Source: an uncultured Bacteroidales bacterium (GTDB lineage Bacteria > Bacteroidota > Bacteroidia > Bacteroidales > UBA3824). From it: a DNA stretch of 56,698 nt. Below are positions 37,909 to 46,390 of this stretch, piece by piece. A model generated the notes under the pieces. The model made no database searches. It worked only from the letters and a program-made list of their open reading frames with translations, and was not told the origin of the DNA. The DNA lies in the NCBI GenBank assembly GCA_946409405.1, contig CAMJWL010000002.1, positions 1-56,698 on the forward strand. Direction: 5' to 3'. Position 1 is the first letter of the stretch; every line of letters starts with the position of its first letter. A program made the position numbers and the translations under genes.

Positions 37909-38258
37909 ATGAGAAAATTTTCCTTACCTTTGCAAATCACTTTTAGAGACAGATACTTAGAACGATGTTCGCAGGACGACAGATATTGCATAAAAAATCT
38001 TGGTGCGAAAAGAGCCAAATTCTTTATGCAGAGGATTTCTGTGTTAGAATCGGCTGCAACATTGGAAGAGGTCAGGTATATGTCAGGTCATTTCCACGAA
38101 CTTGTAGGCGACCGAAAGGGACAATGGGCTTGCGACCTTGACCAACCGTACAGGTTGATTTTTGAGCCGCACGAAAATCCGATTCAAATGGCAAATACAT
38201 TTGGATAGAAATCAAAGGCGTCGAAATAATTGAAATTACCAATTACCATGGAAAATAA
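37909..38258 (+). pseudogene. higB: HigB-like (RelE/ParE superfamily 'killer') toxin, frameshifted near its 3' end
   Basis: ..ITFRDRYLERCSQDDRYCIKNLGAKRAKFFMQRISVLESAATLEEVRYMSGHFHELVGDRKGQWACDLDQPYRLIFEPHENPIQ then stops (MANTFG*). The expected family C-terminus NGKYIWIEIKGVEIIEITNYHGK* is open in the +2 frame up to TAA 38256-38258. One extra A in the run caaAtgg (~38187) would restore it. The start is uncertain: ATG 37909 or TTG 37930. Confidence 0.6.
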
Positions 38259-38271
38259 GGAGGATACAATT

Positions 38272-38553
38272 ATGGCAAAAACAGGCAAACCAATCAAACT
38301 GGCAGTATATTTTCATCCAGGAGTTTTTTTGACCGAAAAACTCCAAGAAATGGAGATCACCGAAAAACAATTCTCTGAAATATCAGGACTGCCGGAAAAA
38401 ACGATTTCGCTTATCAACAGCGAAAAAATGGATATTGATTCTTCTACCGCCGCAACATTAGAAAAGGCGACGCGCATCCCTGCAACTCTTTGGCTTAAAT
38501 TGCAAGAAAATTACAACATATACCGTTTCAAGAAAATGGCAAAGGCAATATAG
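38272..38553 (+). CDS. higA: HigA-family antitoxin (XRE-type HTH)
   Basis: MAKTGKPIKLAVYFHPGVFLTEKLQEMEITEKQFSEISGLPEKTISLINSEKMDIDSSTAATLEKATRIPATLWLKLQENYNIY fits the HigA pattern (HPGE.L.E...., HTH, W..LQ..Y). An AAGGAGGA lies 8 nt upstream of ATG 38272. Alternative starts are ATG 38248 and TTG 38230. Confidence 0.75.
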   Translation: MAKTGKPIKLAVYFHPGVFLTEKLQEMEITEKQFSEISGLPEKTISLINSEKMDIDSSTAATLEKATRIPATLWLKLQENYNIYRFKKMAKAI

Positions 38554-38563
38554 ATTTGCACTT

Positions 38564-39376
38564 TCATAATTCCACCCTTTCGCTCTTGACCCTTCTCCCC
38601 AAGAACACTTCCGCCGTCTTGTCGAAACCCTCCGGCGTGTCGGTGGTGTAATATATCGTGCGACCACCTTTGGAAAGGCGACTTTCCATTTCGGGATGGC
38701 GGGCGAGATAGTCGGCAAGGCTGCGGGCTACGATTTCGTCCTGTTGTACAAAGGAAACCGACGTGCCATCTGCGGCGCGGTGAAACGAATCTATCAACAG
38801 CGGATAATGCGTGCAGCCGAGTACAACGACATCAATATCAGGCGATTGCGCCATCAGATTGTCAAAATATTTCTTTACAAAATAATCCGTGCCAGGGTTG
38901 GAAATTTCGCCGGCTTCCACGAGGGCGGCAAGCATGGGGCAGGGTTGTTGGAAGACGCTGATGGAAGGGTAAAGTTTTTGGATTTCGAGGATGTAAGACT
39001 GCGAATTTATGGTGCCTTGCGTGCCGAGGATGCCAACGTGGTTGGTACGTGTAAAAGTGTTGATTACCTCGGCGGTAGGGCGGATGATGCCAAGTACACG
39101 GTTGTCTGGATTGATGAGGGGAAGGTCGTGCTGCTGAATAGTGCGCAGAGCCTTTGCCGAAGCGGTGTTGCAGGCCAAAATCACGAGCGGGCAACCCAAA
39201 TCAAAAAGACGGCGCACCGCCTGCAACGTGTAGGCGTACACCGTCTCAAAACTTCTTGAACCGTATGGCGCCCTTGCGTTGTCGCCGAGAAACATGTAGT
39301 CGTACTGCGGCAGCAACTCCTGAAACTTGCGGAGGATAGTCAGCCCCCCGAAACCCGAATCAAAGACACCGAGCAT
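38564..39376 (-). CDS. murI: Glutamate racemase
   Basis: 270 aa. GVFDSGFGGLT, YMFLGDNARAPYG, LVILACNTASA and VVLGCTHYPLL are canonical MurI motifs. Confidence 0.95.
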   Translation of the reverse strand: MLGVFDSGFGGLTILRKFQELLPQYDYMFLGDNARAPYGSRSFETVYAYTLQAVRRLFDLGCPLVILACNTASAKALRTIQQHDLPLINPDNRVLGIIRPTAEVINTFTRTNHVGILGTQGTINSQSYILEIQKLYPSISVFQQPCPMLAALVEAGEISNPGTDYFVKKYFDNLMAQSPDIDVVVLGCTHYPLLIDSFHRAADGTSVSFVQQDEIVARSLADYLARHPEMESRLSKGGRTIYYTTDTPEGFDKTAEVFLGRRVKSERVEL

Positions 39377-39406
39377 TTTTGGTTCGCAAAAAAAAAGATA
39401 AAATGA

Positions 39407-39925
39407 TTACATTCCAAGTTCTTTCTTGACCTCGCTGGTGAGATCCACGCTGATGGCCTCGTTGATGAAGAGGACGTTGGCCTTGTCCATCACATATACG
39501 TAACCGCCGGCGGTAGCCACCTTCTTGATTGCAGCGTCCACTTTGTCCATAATGGGTTTAAAAAGGTCGTTCCTTTTTTGCTGGAGGCTCTGCTGGGCGT
39601 TTTCTTGGAAACGCTGGATGCGCTCCTGCAACTGCATGATTTCCTGCTCCTTGTCGGCGCGGAGGGCGAGCGACCATTTTTCGGGGGCGGCGTCGGCGAG
39701 TTGTACGTTCTCCTGGTATGCCTGCACCTTGTTTTGGTATTCCACGCCCATGGCTTGGAGTTGGTCTTCGAGTTTTTTACTTTCGGTCTCCAAAGCGGTC
39801 TGCGCCGCCTTGGTTTCGGGCATCGCCTGGATGATGTCGTCGGTGGTAATGTGTCCGAACTTCTGCGCGGAAGCCGCCACACTAAGCGTTACCATCGCTA
39901 TTAAAACGAGAATTAACTTTTTCAT
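39407..39925 (-). CDS. OmpH/Skp-family periplasmic chaperone
   Basis: 172 aa. Signal peptide; Gln/Glu/Lys-rich coiled coil; C-terminal VATAGGYVYVMDK pattern. Confidence 0.85.
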   Translation of the reverse strand: MKKLILVLIAMVTLSVAASAQKFGHITTDDIIQAMPETKAAQTALETESKKLEDQLQAMGVEYQNKVQAYQENVQLADAAPEKWSLALRADKEQEIMQLQERIQRFQENAQQSLQQKRNDLFKPIMDKVDAAIKKVATAGGYVYVMDKANVLFINEAISVDLTSEVKKELGM

Positions 39926-39949
39926 TTGTATTATTAATGTAAACGTGAA

Positions 39950-40453
39950 TTACTTGATTATCTTTTTGAGCACTACGTCGCTTTCGTCGTACTTCTCGGA
40001 AGCGTAGATGATGTCGCCGGTTACCTTGTCGAAGATGTAGTCGTAGCCCGCCTCGGTGGCAACGCTTTTGAGAGCGTTATACACATTGTCCTGGATGGGC
40101 TTAATCAACTCCTGACGCTTCTTGGCGAGTTCGCCGTCGTTGCCGAAATACTTCTTCTGCAACTCCTTGGCCTCCTTCTCCTTGGCGATGATTTCGTTTT
40201 CGCGCTTGGTCTTGGTGGCTTCGGGCAGGATGTCTGCCTCCGCCTGGTACTTCTTGTACATCTCGTCGAGTTCCTTAAACTTGCCCTCGACCTCCGTCTG
40301 CCACTGCTTGGAGTAGTTGTCGAGTTTGGTCTGCGCCTGCTGGTAGGCGGGAATCTTGCCAAGGATATATTCGGTGTCCACGTGCGCAAACTTCTGTGCG
40401 AAGGTCGCGCCAAAAATCATCGTCAACGCTAAAGTGAATATCAGTCTTTTCAT
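39950..40453 (-). CDS. OmpH/Skp-family periplasmic chaperone (second copy)
   Basis: Start taken at MKRLIFTLALTMIFGATFAQ (ATG 40453), not the track start at 40480. Coiled coil and ..VATEAGYDYIFDK.. pattern. Confidence 0.85.
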   Translation of the reverse strand: MKRLIFTLALTMIFGATFAQKFAHVDTEYILGKIPAYQQAQTKLDNYSKQWQTEVEGKFKELDEMYKKYQAEADILPEATKTKRENEIIAKEKEAKELQKKYFGNDGELAKKRQELIKPIQDNVYNALKSVATEAGYDYIFDKVTGDIIYASEKYDESDVVLKKIIK

Positions 40454-40549
40454 GTCGTATGTAGTTTTGGTGTTAAACAATCGTTTTTGCTATAATTGTT
40501 GGCGGTTTCCGTGAGGTTGAATGTGCGTTAATATTAATTAACCAATCCA

Positions 40550-43030
40550 CTAAAAATTCTGTCCAAGTGTAAACTGCAACTTGGAGCCGCTCCTCTTGGA
40601 TTCGCCAGGCGGGGTGTCGAAGCCCCAGCCCCAGTCGAGACCCAGCATACCGAGCATCGGCAGGAACACCCTCACGCCCACTCCGGCGGTGCGGTAAACG
40701 TCGAAGGGCTGGAATTGGTGGAGTTCCTTCCAACAGTTGCCGCCCTCCAAGAATCCGATGCCGTAGATGGTGGCAGATTCGCTGAGGATGGCGGGGTAGC
40801 GGAGTTCGAGCGCGTACTTGGCATATACATTGCCGTTGGCGGAGATGGCCTCGGAGTCGTAGCCGCGCAAGCCTATCACGTCCTTGCCGTAGGAGTAATA
40901 ATTCATGCCGTCGCCGCCCATCGTGTAGCCTTGGAAGGGCGAATATCCGAGGTCGCGGGTGTAATATGCGCAGAGACCGTACTCCAATTTGGTGTGGAAC
41001 ACAAGGTCGCCCACCAACTGCGTGAAGTTTTTGGCCTCAAACCCGTACTTGTGGTATTCCACCCACTGCCATTTGTAGTCGGGGTCGATGGTCTTGTAAT
41101 TCTTGTTGTTCATTTGCGAATACGGCGGGGTGAGTTCGGCGGAGATTGAGAACGACGAACCACGGCGCGAATAGATGGGCGCGTCGATGTTGTTGCGCGA
41201 GAACACAATCTTCAATGCCACCTCGTTTGCGCGTCCGTTTGCGCTGAACCCGTCGAAGTAAGCGTAATTCTTCAACTTGTAACGCTTGAAAGACACCTCG
41301 TTGTAGAGTTGGAAGTAATTGTCGGGCCACGAGAGACGGCGACCCAATCCCACTGCCGCGCCCCACACCTGCATACGGTAGTCCATGTTGCTGCTGTAAT
41401 AACTACTGTAATACGAGGACGAGGAGTAATATTTGGCGTAGTTGACATCTGTGTAATAGAAACTTATGGTGAGAGAGTTTCTCTTTCTGCCACCGAGCCA
41501 CGGCTCCATGAACGACACGCTGTACGTCTGGTAATACTTGCCGTTAGACTGGAACGAAAGGCTCAGCCTCTGTCCGTCGCCCTGCGGCAGCGGATGCCAG
41601 GAGGTCTTGTCGAAGAAGTTGTGGGTGGAGAAGTTGTTGAAGGTAACGCCAAGGCGACCCACAAAATATCCGCCGCCCCAGCCAGCCGAGAGTTCAAACA
41701 TGTCGCTGCCTTTCTCCACCAAGGGATACTCGATGTCAACCTCCTTGTTCACGTAATCCGGCACGGGGTTGGGGATGAGTTTTTCGGGTTCAAAATTGCC
41801 GAGTTGCGCCAACTCGCGGACGGAGGCGATGATGTCGCTCTTGCTAAAAAGTTCGCCGGGGAGGGTGTAGAGTTCGCGGCGCGGCACACGGTCGTTGGTG
41901 CGGGTGTTGCCGGTGATGATGATGCGGTCGATGTACGCCTGCGGGCCTTCAAACACCATTATCTCAACGTCCACAGAGTCGTTTACCACAGCCACTTCGC
42001 GGGGTACGGTGCGGAAAAACAAATATCCGTCGTCCATGTATATGTTGCTTACGGCGTCCTTGTCGGTGTTGATGCGCTCGTCGAGGCGGTTTTGGTCGTA
42101 GAGTTCGCCCTTCTTGATGTCGAGGCGGCGTTGGAGCAAGTCGGTGCCGTATTTCTCGTTGCCAATCCAAGTGATGTTGCGGAAATAATACTGGCGGCCT
42201 TCGTACAGGGAGATGTCCACGCCCACCAACTTCTCGTCGATGCGATATACCGAATCGCTGATGATTCTGGCGTCGCGGTAGCCCTGTTTGTTGTATTTCT
42301 TTATAAGTGTCTGCTTGTCTTCCTCAAACTTGGAACGCACAAATTTGGACGGCTTAAACATGCCGTACCAACGTTTTTGCTTGGTGTTTTTCAGACCCTT
42401 GCGCACCTTGGCGTCGGTAAACGCGCTGTCGCCGTGCGGGGTGATGTTGAGGATTTTTACCTTCTTGCCCTTGTCAACATTGATGATGAGGTTTGATACG
42501 TTCTGGAGGTTGGTGTCAGGCACTTCCAGGGTGCGCACCTCCACGTTGTAAAAACCCTTCTCGTAATAATGCTCGGCAATGATGTTGCGCGTCTTCGAGA
42601 GGGCGTGGTCGGTGATTTTGGTGCCGGGGATAAGGTTGATTTTGTTGTCCAAGTCCTCCTTCTCGCCCTTGCGGATGCCCTTGTAGGTTACTTTGTTGAG
42701 TTTTGGGCGTTCTTCGAGTTTGATGTCGAGATACACCTTGCCGTCGGGCGTGGTGGATGTAATGCCGATGCTGACGTCAGAAAACAATCCCTGACGCCAA
42801 AGTTTTTCGATGGAACGGGTGATGGCGTCGCCGGGGATGGCAACTTTCTGTCCTACCTTCAAACCCGAAATCTGTATGATAGCCTGTTTGTTGAGGTACT
42901 TGATGCCCGATACGGTGATTCCCTCGATGATGTAGTCTTTTGGGGAATCGTAATTGATGACAGTTTGAGCACTTGCGCCCGTCCACGCCATCATCAGCAT
43001 CAGTATCAGCATCAGTATTTTGTTTCTCAT
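40550..43030 (-). CDS. bamA: Outer-membrane protein assembly factor BamA
   Basis: 826 aa. Signal peptide, five POTRA-like repeats (..IEGITVSGIKYLNKQAI..), and a C-terminal Omp85 barrel ending ..LQFTLGQNF. Conserved uppS-bamA-ompH context. Confidence 0.95.
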   Translation of the reverse strand: MRNKILMLILMLMMAWTGASAQTVINYDSPKDYIIEGITVSGIKYLNKQAIIQISGLKVGQKVAIPGDAITRSIEKLWRQGLFSDVSIGITSTTPDGKVYLDIKLEERPKLNKVTYKGIRKGEKEDLDNKINLIPGTKITDHALSKTRNIIAEHYYEKGFYNVEVRTLEVPDTNLQNVSNLIINVDKGKKVKILNITPHGDSAFTDAKVRKGLKNTKQKRWYGMFKPSKFVRSKFEEDKQTLIKKYNKQGYRDARIISDSVYRIDEKLVGVDISLYEGRQYYFRNITWIGNEKYGTDLLQRRLDIKKGELYDQNRLDERINTDKDAVSNIYMDDGYLFFRTVPREVAVVNDSVDVEIMVFEGPQAYIDRIIITGNTRTNDRVPRRELYTLPGELFSKSDIIASVRELAQLGNFEPEKLIPNPVPDYVNKEVDIEYPLVEKGSDMFELSAGWGGGYFVGRLGVTFNNFSTHNFFDKTSWHPLPQGDGQRLSLSFQSNGKYYQTYSVSFMEPWLGGRKRNSLTISFYYTDVNYAKYYSSSSYYSSYYSSNMDYRMQVWGAAVGLGRRLSWPDNYFQLYNEVSFKRYKLKNYAYFDGFSANGRANEVALKIVFSRNNIDAPIYSRRGSSFSISAELTPPYSQMNNKNYKTIDPDYKWQWVEYHKYGFEAKNFTQLVGDLVFHTKLEYGLCAYYTRDLGYSPFQGYTMGGDGMNYYSYGKDVIGLRGYDSEAISANGNVYAKYALELRYPAILSESATIYGIGFLEGGNCWKELHQFQPFDVYRTAGVGVRVFLPMLGMLGLDWGWGFDTPPGESKRSGSKLQFTLGQNF

Positions 43031-43097
43031 TTGTTAAAATGTGTGCTCTATGTTTTGTGATAAAATTATGCGGTGCAAAATTAAAAAAAAATTTCGT

Positions 43098-43841
43098 TCA
43101 TTGGTTGATTTGCTGCGAAGTTTTGCCAAATCTTCTTTCGCGGTGCTGATAATCCACTATCGCCTTGTAAAATTGCTCCTCGTCGAAGTCGGGCCAAAGC
43201 ACGTCGGTGAAGTAAAGTTCGGAGTACGAAATCTGCCACAGCAAAAAGTTAGAAATCCTCACCTCGCCGCTCGTCCTTATCAGGAGTTCGGGGTCGGGAA
43301 TCTGGGCTGTGTAAAGGTTTTGGGCAAAATCCTGCTCAGAGAGCGCGTCGATGTCAAAAGGCTCTGCGGCATAACGGCGGAGGAGATTTTTGGCGGCGTT
43401 CACTATCTCGTAACGCGCACCATAACTCAATGCAATTATCACATTGAGACCCGTATTTTGAGCCGATTTGGCACATGCTTCCTCGATGTCCTCGCGCACG
43501 TCGGCGGGGAGCATGGAGTTGTCGCCAATGGTAAGGAGACGCATATTGTACTTGATGAGGTCGGCAAACTGCGACACTATCGACTTGGACAGCAACGCCA
43601 TCAATCCGTTGACCTCGCTATCGGGACGCTGCCAATTTTCGATGGAAAAGGCGTACAGGGTGATGTACTTGACACCGATTTTGTTGGCGGCGTCCACTAT
43701 CTCCCTCGCCCTCAACGCGCCCTGCGAATGGCCTTCGAGCCGGTCTTTGCCCAGCCTCTTCGCCCATCGCCCGTTGCCGTCCATGATTACAGCCACGTGC
43801 TTTGGCAGCCGCGTCTTGTCTATTTGTGTAAGATATGACAT
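43098..43841 (-). CDS. uppS: Isoprenyl transferase (undecaprenyl-diphosphate synthase)
   Basis: 247 aa. HVAVIMDGNGRWA, ITLYAFSIENWQRP and IRTSGEVRISNFLLWQISYSELYF are canonical. Confidence 0.95.
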   Translation of the reverse strand: MSYLTQIDKTRLPKHVAVIMDGNGRWAKRLGKDRLEGHSQGALRAREIVDAANKIGVKYITLYAFSIENWQRPDSEVNGLMALLSKSIVSQFADLIKYNMRLLTIGDNSMLPADVREDIEEACAKSAQNTGLNVIIALSYGARYEIVNAAKNLLRRYAAEPFDIDALSEQDFAQNLYTAQIPDPELLIRTSGEVRISNFLLWQISYSELYFTDVLWPDFDEEQFYKAIVDYQHRERRFGKTSQQINQ

Positions 43842-44117
43842 TTTTAATATAAATTATCCTAAATATTGTGTATCAACGTCCTAAGACATTGAAAAAAACC
43901 ATAAATTAAAAAGACTACCAATAATCAAGGAATTCTTTTTCCAATTTATTAACAATTAAAAACCAAAAAAATCAATCCGAATTTTCAAAAGCAAAATAAA
44001 ATTAAATCCACAAAAAAAATTTCAATCCGCATAAATTCACATTCAAAAAAAATCCCTTAAACTATTTTCATCCTTTTAATTTATGGCAAAGCAATCGCTA
44101 ATGGCGGCAAAATCTCG

Positions 44118-44864
44118 CTAATAGTATGCCGAGCAGTTGTGCGAGCCTGCTCCATTGGGACGGAACGAAAGCACAACGCCGAAGAAGGCGTAGCAATCGT
44201 CGTTGCCAAGGAACGACCTCTGACGCGCCGCACCCTCGCCGTATGAGAGGTTGTACCTGTCGTCGGTGATGCCGTCGAGGACATCAGAAAACAACTTCCT
44301 GTACTTCCACTCTGCCGAGATGGTAACGGTCTCGTTGGGGCAGAACTTGACGCCGACACCAAACGGGATGCAGAACCTCAGGCCTTCGCGTTCAAACGCG
44401 CCAACCACCAATCCGGGGCCAGCCGCCACATACGGAGTGCAGCGTCTTGCATCGTTGCCAGGTTCAAGCGGCAGGAAGTTAATCTCTCCCTGCAACGACA
44501 ACTCGACAATCTGGTTCTTAAACGAGACATTCCTCCACTTTTGATACTCGCTCGTAAAGTCAGAATCCCTGCCTTCGAGTGCGCACCAAATGGCCTGAAA
44601 TGATGCCGCGTACCTGCTATTGATTACGTGCCGGAGATTAAGTCCGAGAGCAGGTTTCGGCCTGTAAAAAGGCCTCGAGGGGTTTATCTCGCCATTATAG
44701 TAACCAATGCCGAGAAAAGCGCCGAACTCGTCATAATTTGAGTTGCCACACTGCTGCGCAGCCGCACGTTCAGGAACATACGCCACCGCAATTGCGATTA
44801 CAAATGCAAAGATACGCGAAATTTTCGTCATACCAGCCACAAAAAAACTTAATTTTCTTTTCAT
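44118..44864 (-). CDS. Outer-membrane beta-barrel protein (DUF6089-like)
   Basis: 248 aa. Signal peptide, alternating-hydrophobic beta-strand pattern, aromatic C-terminus. Sits upstream of uppS, as recalled for DUF6089 genes in Bacteroidota. Family assignment is from memory only. Confidence 0.55.
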   Translation of the reverse strand: MKRKLSFFVAGMTKISRIFAFVIAIAVAYVPERAAAQQCGNSNYDEFGAFLGIGYYNGEINPSRPFYRPKPALGLNLRHVINSRYAASFQAIWCALEGRDSDFTSEYQKWRNVSFKNQIVELSLQGEINFLPLEPGNDARRCTPYVAAGPGLVVGAFEREGLRFCIPFGVGVKFCPNETVTISAEWKYRKLFSDVLDGITDDRYNLSYGEGAARQRSFLGNDDCYAFFGVVLSFRPNGAGSHNCSAYY

Positions 44865-44913
44865 TTTGTCAAAATATATTTAGGGTTTCTTAATAAAACT
44901 AAGAAAGTGCCAA

Positions 44914-45684
44914 TTATATTGTATCGTGAGTCGTTAAATTTGAATCCGCAACGATTTTTTTTGGCACTTTGACAACAAGCCTCACAAAATCAACGTGTAT
45001 CGGGTTGGTAACGTTGGGTTTGTTGAGGCGGATGGGGAAGTAACTGTCCCTCATCACCCACGTAGCGATAGAATCCATCCACATCGCGCCGGATTTGCGG
45101 TCGGGATGCGCCACGTCGCCCTCCACGCGGGTATAGTGAAGGTTTTTGGAGAGGAAAAACTGTTTCTTGCCAAACTTCTCCATCATGGCTTCGTTGATGC
45201 CGGTGTCCTCCTTCCAATTTGGCGGGCCCACCCAGACGGTCTTGATGCCGTGGGTCTGCGGAATAATCTTGTCGAAATACTTGCCCCGCTGCTTGCCGTC
45301 GTAGGCAAACATCTCATTGGCACCGATTACAAAAATGATGTACGTGGGCTTAAACTGGTTGACATAATACTCCAGCGTGTCGCACTGCGCAAAAGTCTGC
45401 GACGTGGCGGCGACGTAAGATACCACAAAGAGGTCGTGTCCGTTGAAGTCGCAGTAATTCTTGGCGCGAAACATCAGCGAATACGCCATCGAATCGCCAA
45501 TCAACAGGATGCGTTGCTTGGCGGTGTCGAGCGGGATATGCTCTCCGTCCCTAAAATTGGTAAACTCGCCGCAATCCGTTACTCCATCCGACGGCGCGGG
45601 CGCGTAATGATGGCGATAATACAAAAAAATTGCAACAAACGCCACCACCGCAATAATCAGCGATATAACTAAAATTTTTTTCAT
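44914..45684 (-). CDS. SGNH/GDSL-like hydrolase, N-terminally membrane-anchored
   Basis: Start taken at MKKILVISLIIAVVAFVAIFLYY (ATG 45684). ILLIGDSMA (GDS block), IIFVIGANE and VWVGPP blocks. Confidence 0.6.
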   Translation of the reverse strand: MKKILVISLIIAVVAFVAIFLYYRHHYAPAPSDGVTDCGEFTNFRDGEHIPLDTAKQRILLIGDSMAYSLMFRAKNYCDFNGHDLFVVSYVAATSQTFAQCDTLEYYVNQFKPTYIIFVIGANEMFAYDGKQRGKYFDKIIPQTHGIKTVWVGPPNWKEDTGINEAMMEKFGKKQFFLSKNLHYTRVEGDVAHPDRKSGAMWMDSIATWVMRDSYFPIRLNKPNVTNPIHVDFVRLVVKVPKKIVADSNLTTHDTI

Positions 45685-45735
45685 CGTTAACTTGACATTA
45701 TGTAAAGGCGTTACAACACACGCCCTACGCGGCTG

Positions 45736-45743
45736 CAAAGTTA
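45736..45743 (-). promoter_or_regulatory. Candidate -7 box (TAACTTTG on minus strand) for the SGNH hydrolase gene
   Basis: Plus-strand CAAAGTTA, 52 nt upstream of ATG 45684. Confidence 0.4.
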
Positions 45744-45780
45744 ATGAATTTTTTTTGCAAGATTGCAGTGTTTTTTTTAT

Positions 45781-45788
45781 TAATTTTG
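45781..45788 (+). promoter_or_regulatory. Candidate -7 box TAATTTTG for the ECF sigma operon
   Basis: TAnnTTTG match 49 nt upstream of TTG 45837. Confidence 0.45.
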
Positions 45789-45836
45789 CAACCAAACTAA
45801 CTCATTATTGGTCTAATTATCAGAAATTAGCAAGAA

Positions 45837-46385
45837 TTGGAAGAAAAAGTGCTAATAGAAAAGTGCCGTGAAGGCAGCCGCGCCGCACAGTGGGAACTCT
45901 ACCAGAAGTATTCCCCCGTGCTGTATGGCATCTGTCTGAGGTATTCCGACAGCCGGGAGACGGCGGAGGACATACTGCAAGACAGTTTCCTCAAAATATT
46001 CTCCTGCATAGGCGACTATGAAGGCGCAGGGTCTTTTGAGGGATGGATGAAACGCATAGCCGTAAACACCGCCATCACCAACTACCACCAGACTTCCAAG
46101 CACAAGCACCATGAGGACGTGGACGACTATGCGCAACTAATCGCAAGCGACGACCCAAACTTCGACTCGCTCGAATTTACGCACGAGGAACTCCTCGGCG
46201 TGGTAAACGCGCTGCCCGACGGATACAGGATGGTGTTCAACATGTTTGCCATAGAGGGTTTCAAGCACCGCGAAATCGCCGACATGCTCGGCATAGACAT
46301 CAACACGAGCAAGACACAGTTTATGCGGGCGCGAAACATCGTGGCTAAAAAACTTAACGAACTAAAACGCATTAAAAGACACTGA
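45837..46385 (+). CDS. ECF-type RNA polymerase sigma-70 family factor
   Basis: 182 aa with a TTG start (no nearby in-frame ATG). Region 2: AQWELYQKYSPVLYGICLRY..AEDILQDSFLKIF..FEGWMKRIAVNTAI. Region 4: LPDGYRMVFNMFAIEGFKHREIADMLGIDINTSKTQFMRAR. Confidence 0.85.
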   Translation: MEEKVLIEKCREGSRAAQWELYQKYSPVLYGICLRYSDSRETAEDILQDSFLKIFSCIGDYEGAGSFEGWMKRIAVNTAITNYHQTSKHKHHEDVDDYAQLIASDDPNFDSLEFTHEELLGVVNALPDGYRMVFNMFAIEGFKHREIADMLGIDINTSKTQFMRARNIVAKKLNELKRIKRH

Positions 46386-46390
46386 CTACC

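Noticed and set aside
43842-44117. 276-nt AT-rich intergenic region with AAAAAAAT(T)TCAATCCG-like repeats as an sRNA or tRNA locus
   Set aside because: There is no cloverleaf-compatible stems, no terminator hairpin and no -7 box. The repeated words are short and A-rich. It is most simply the uppS upstream region.
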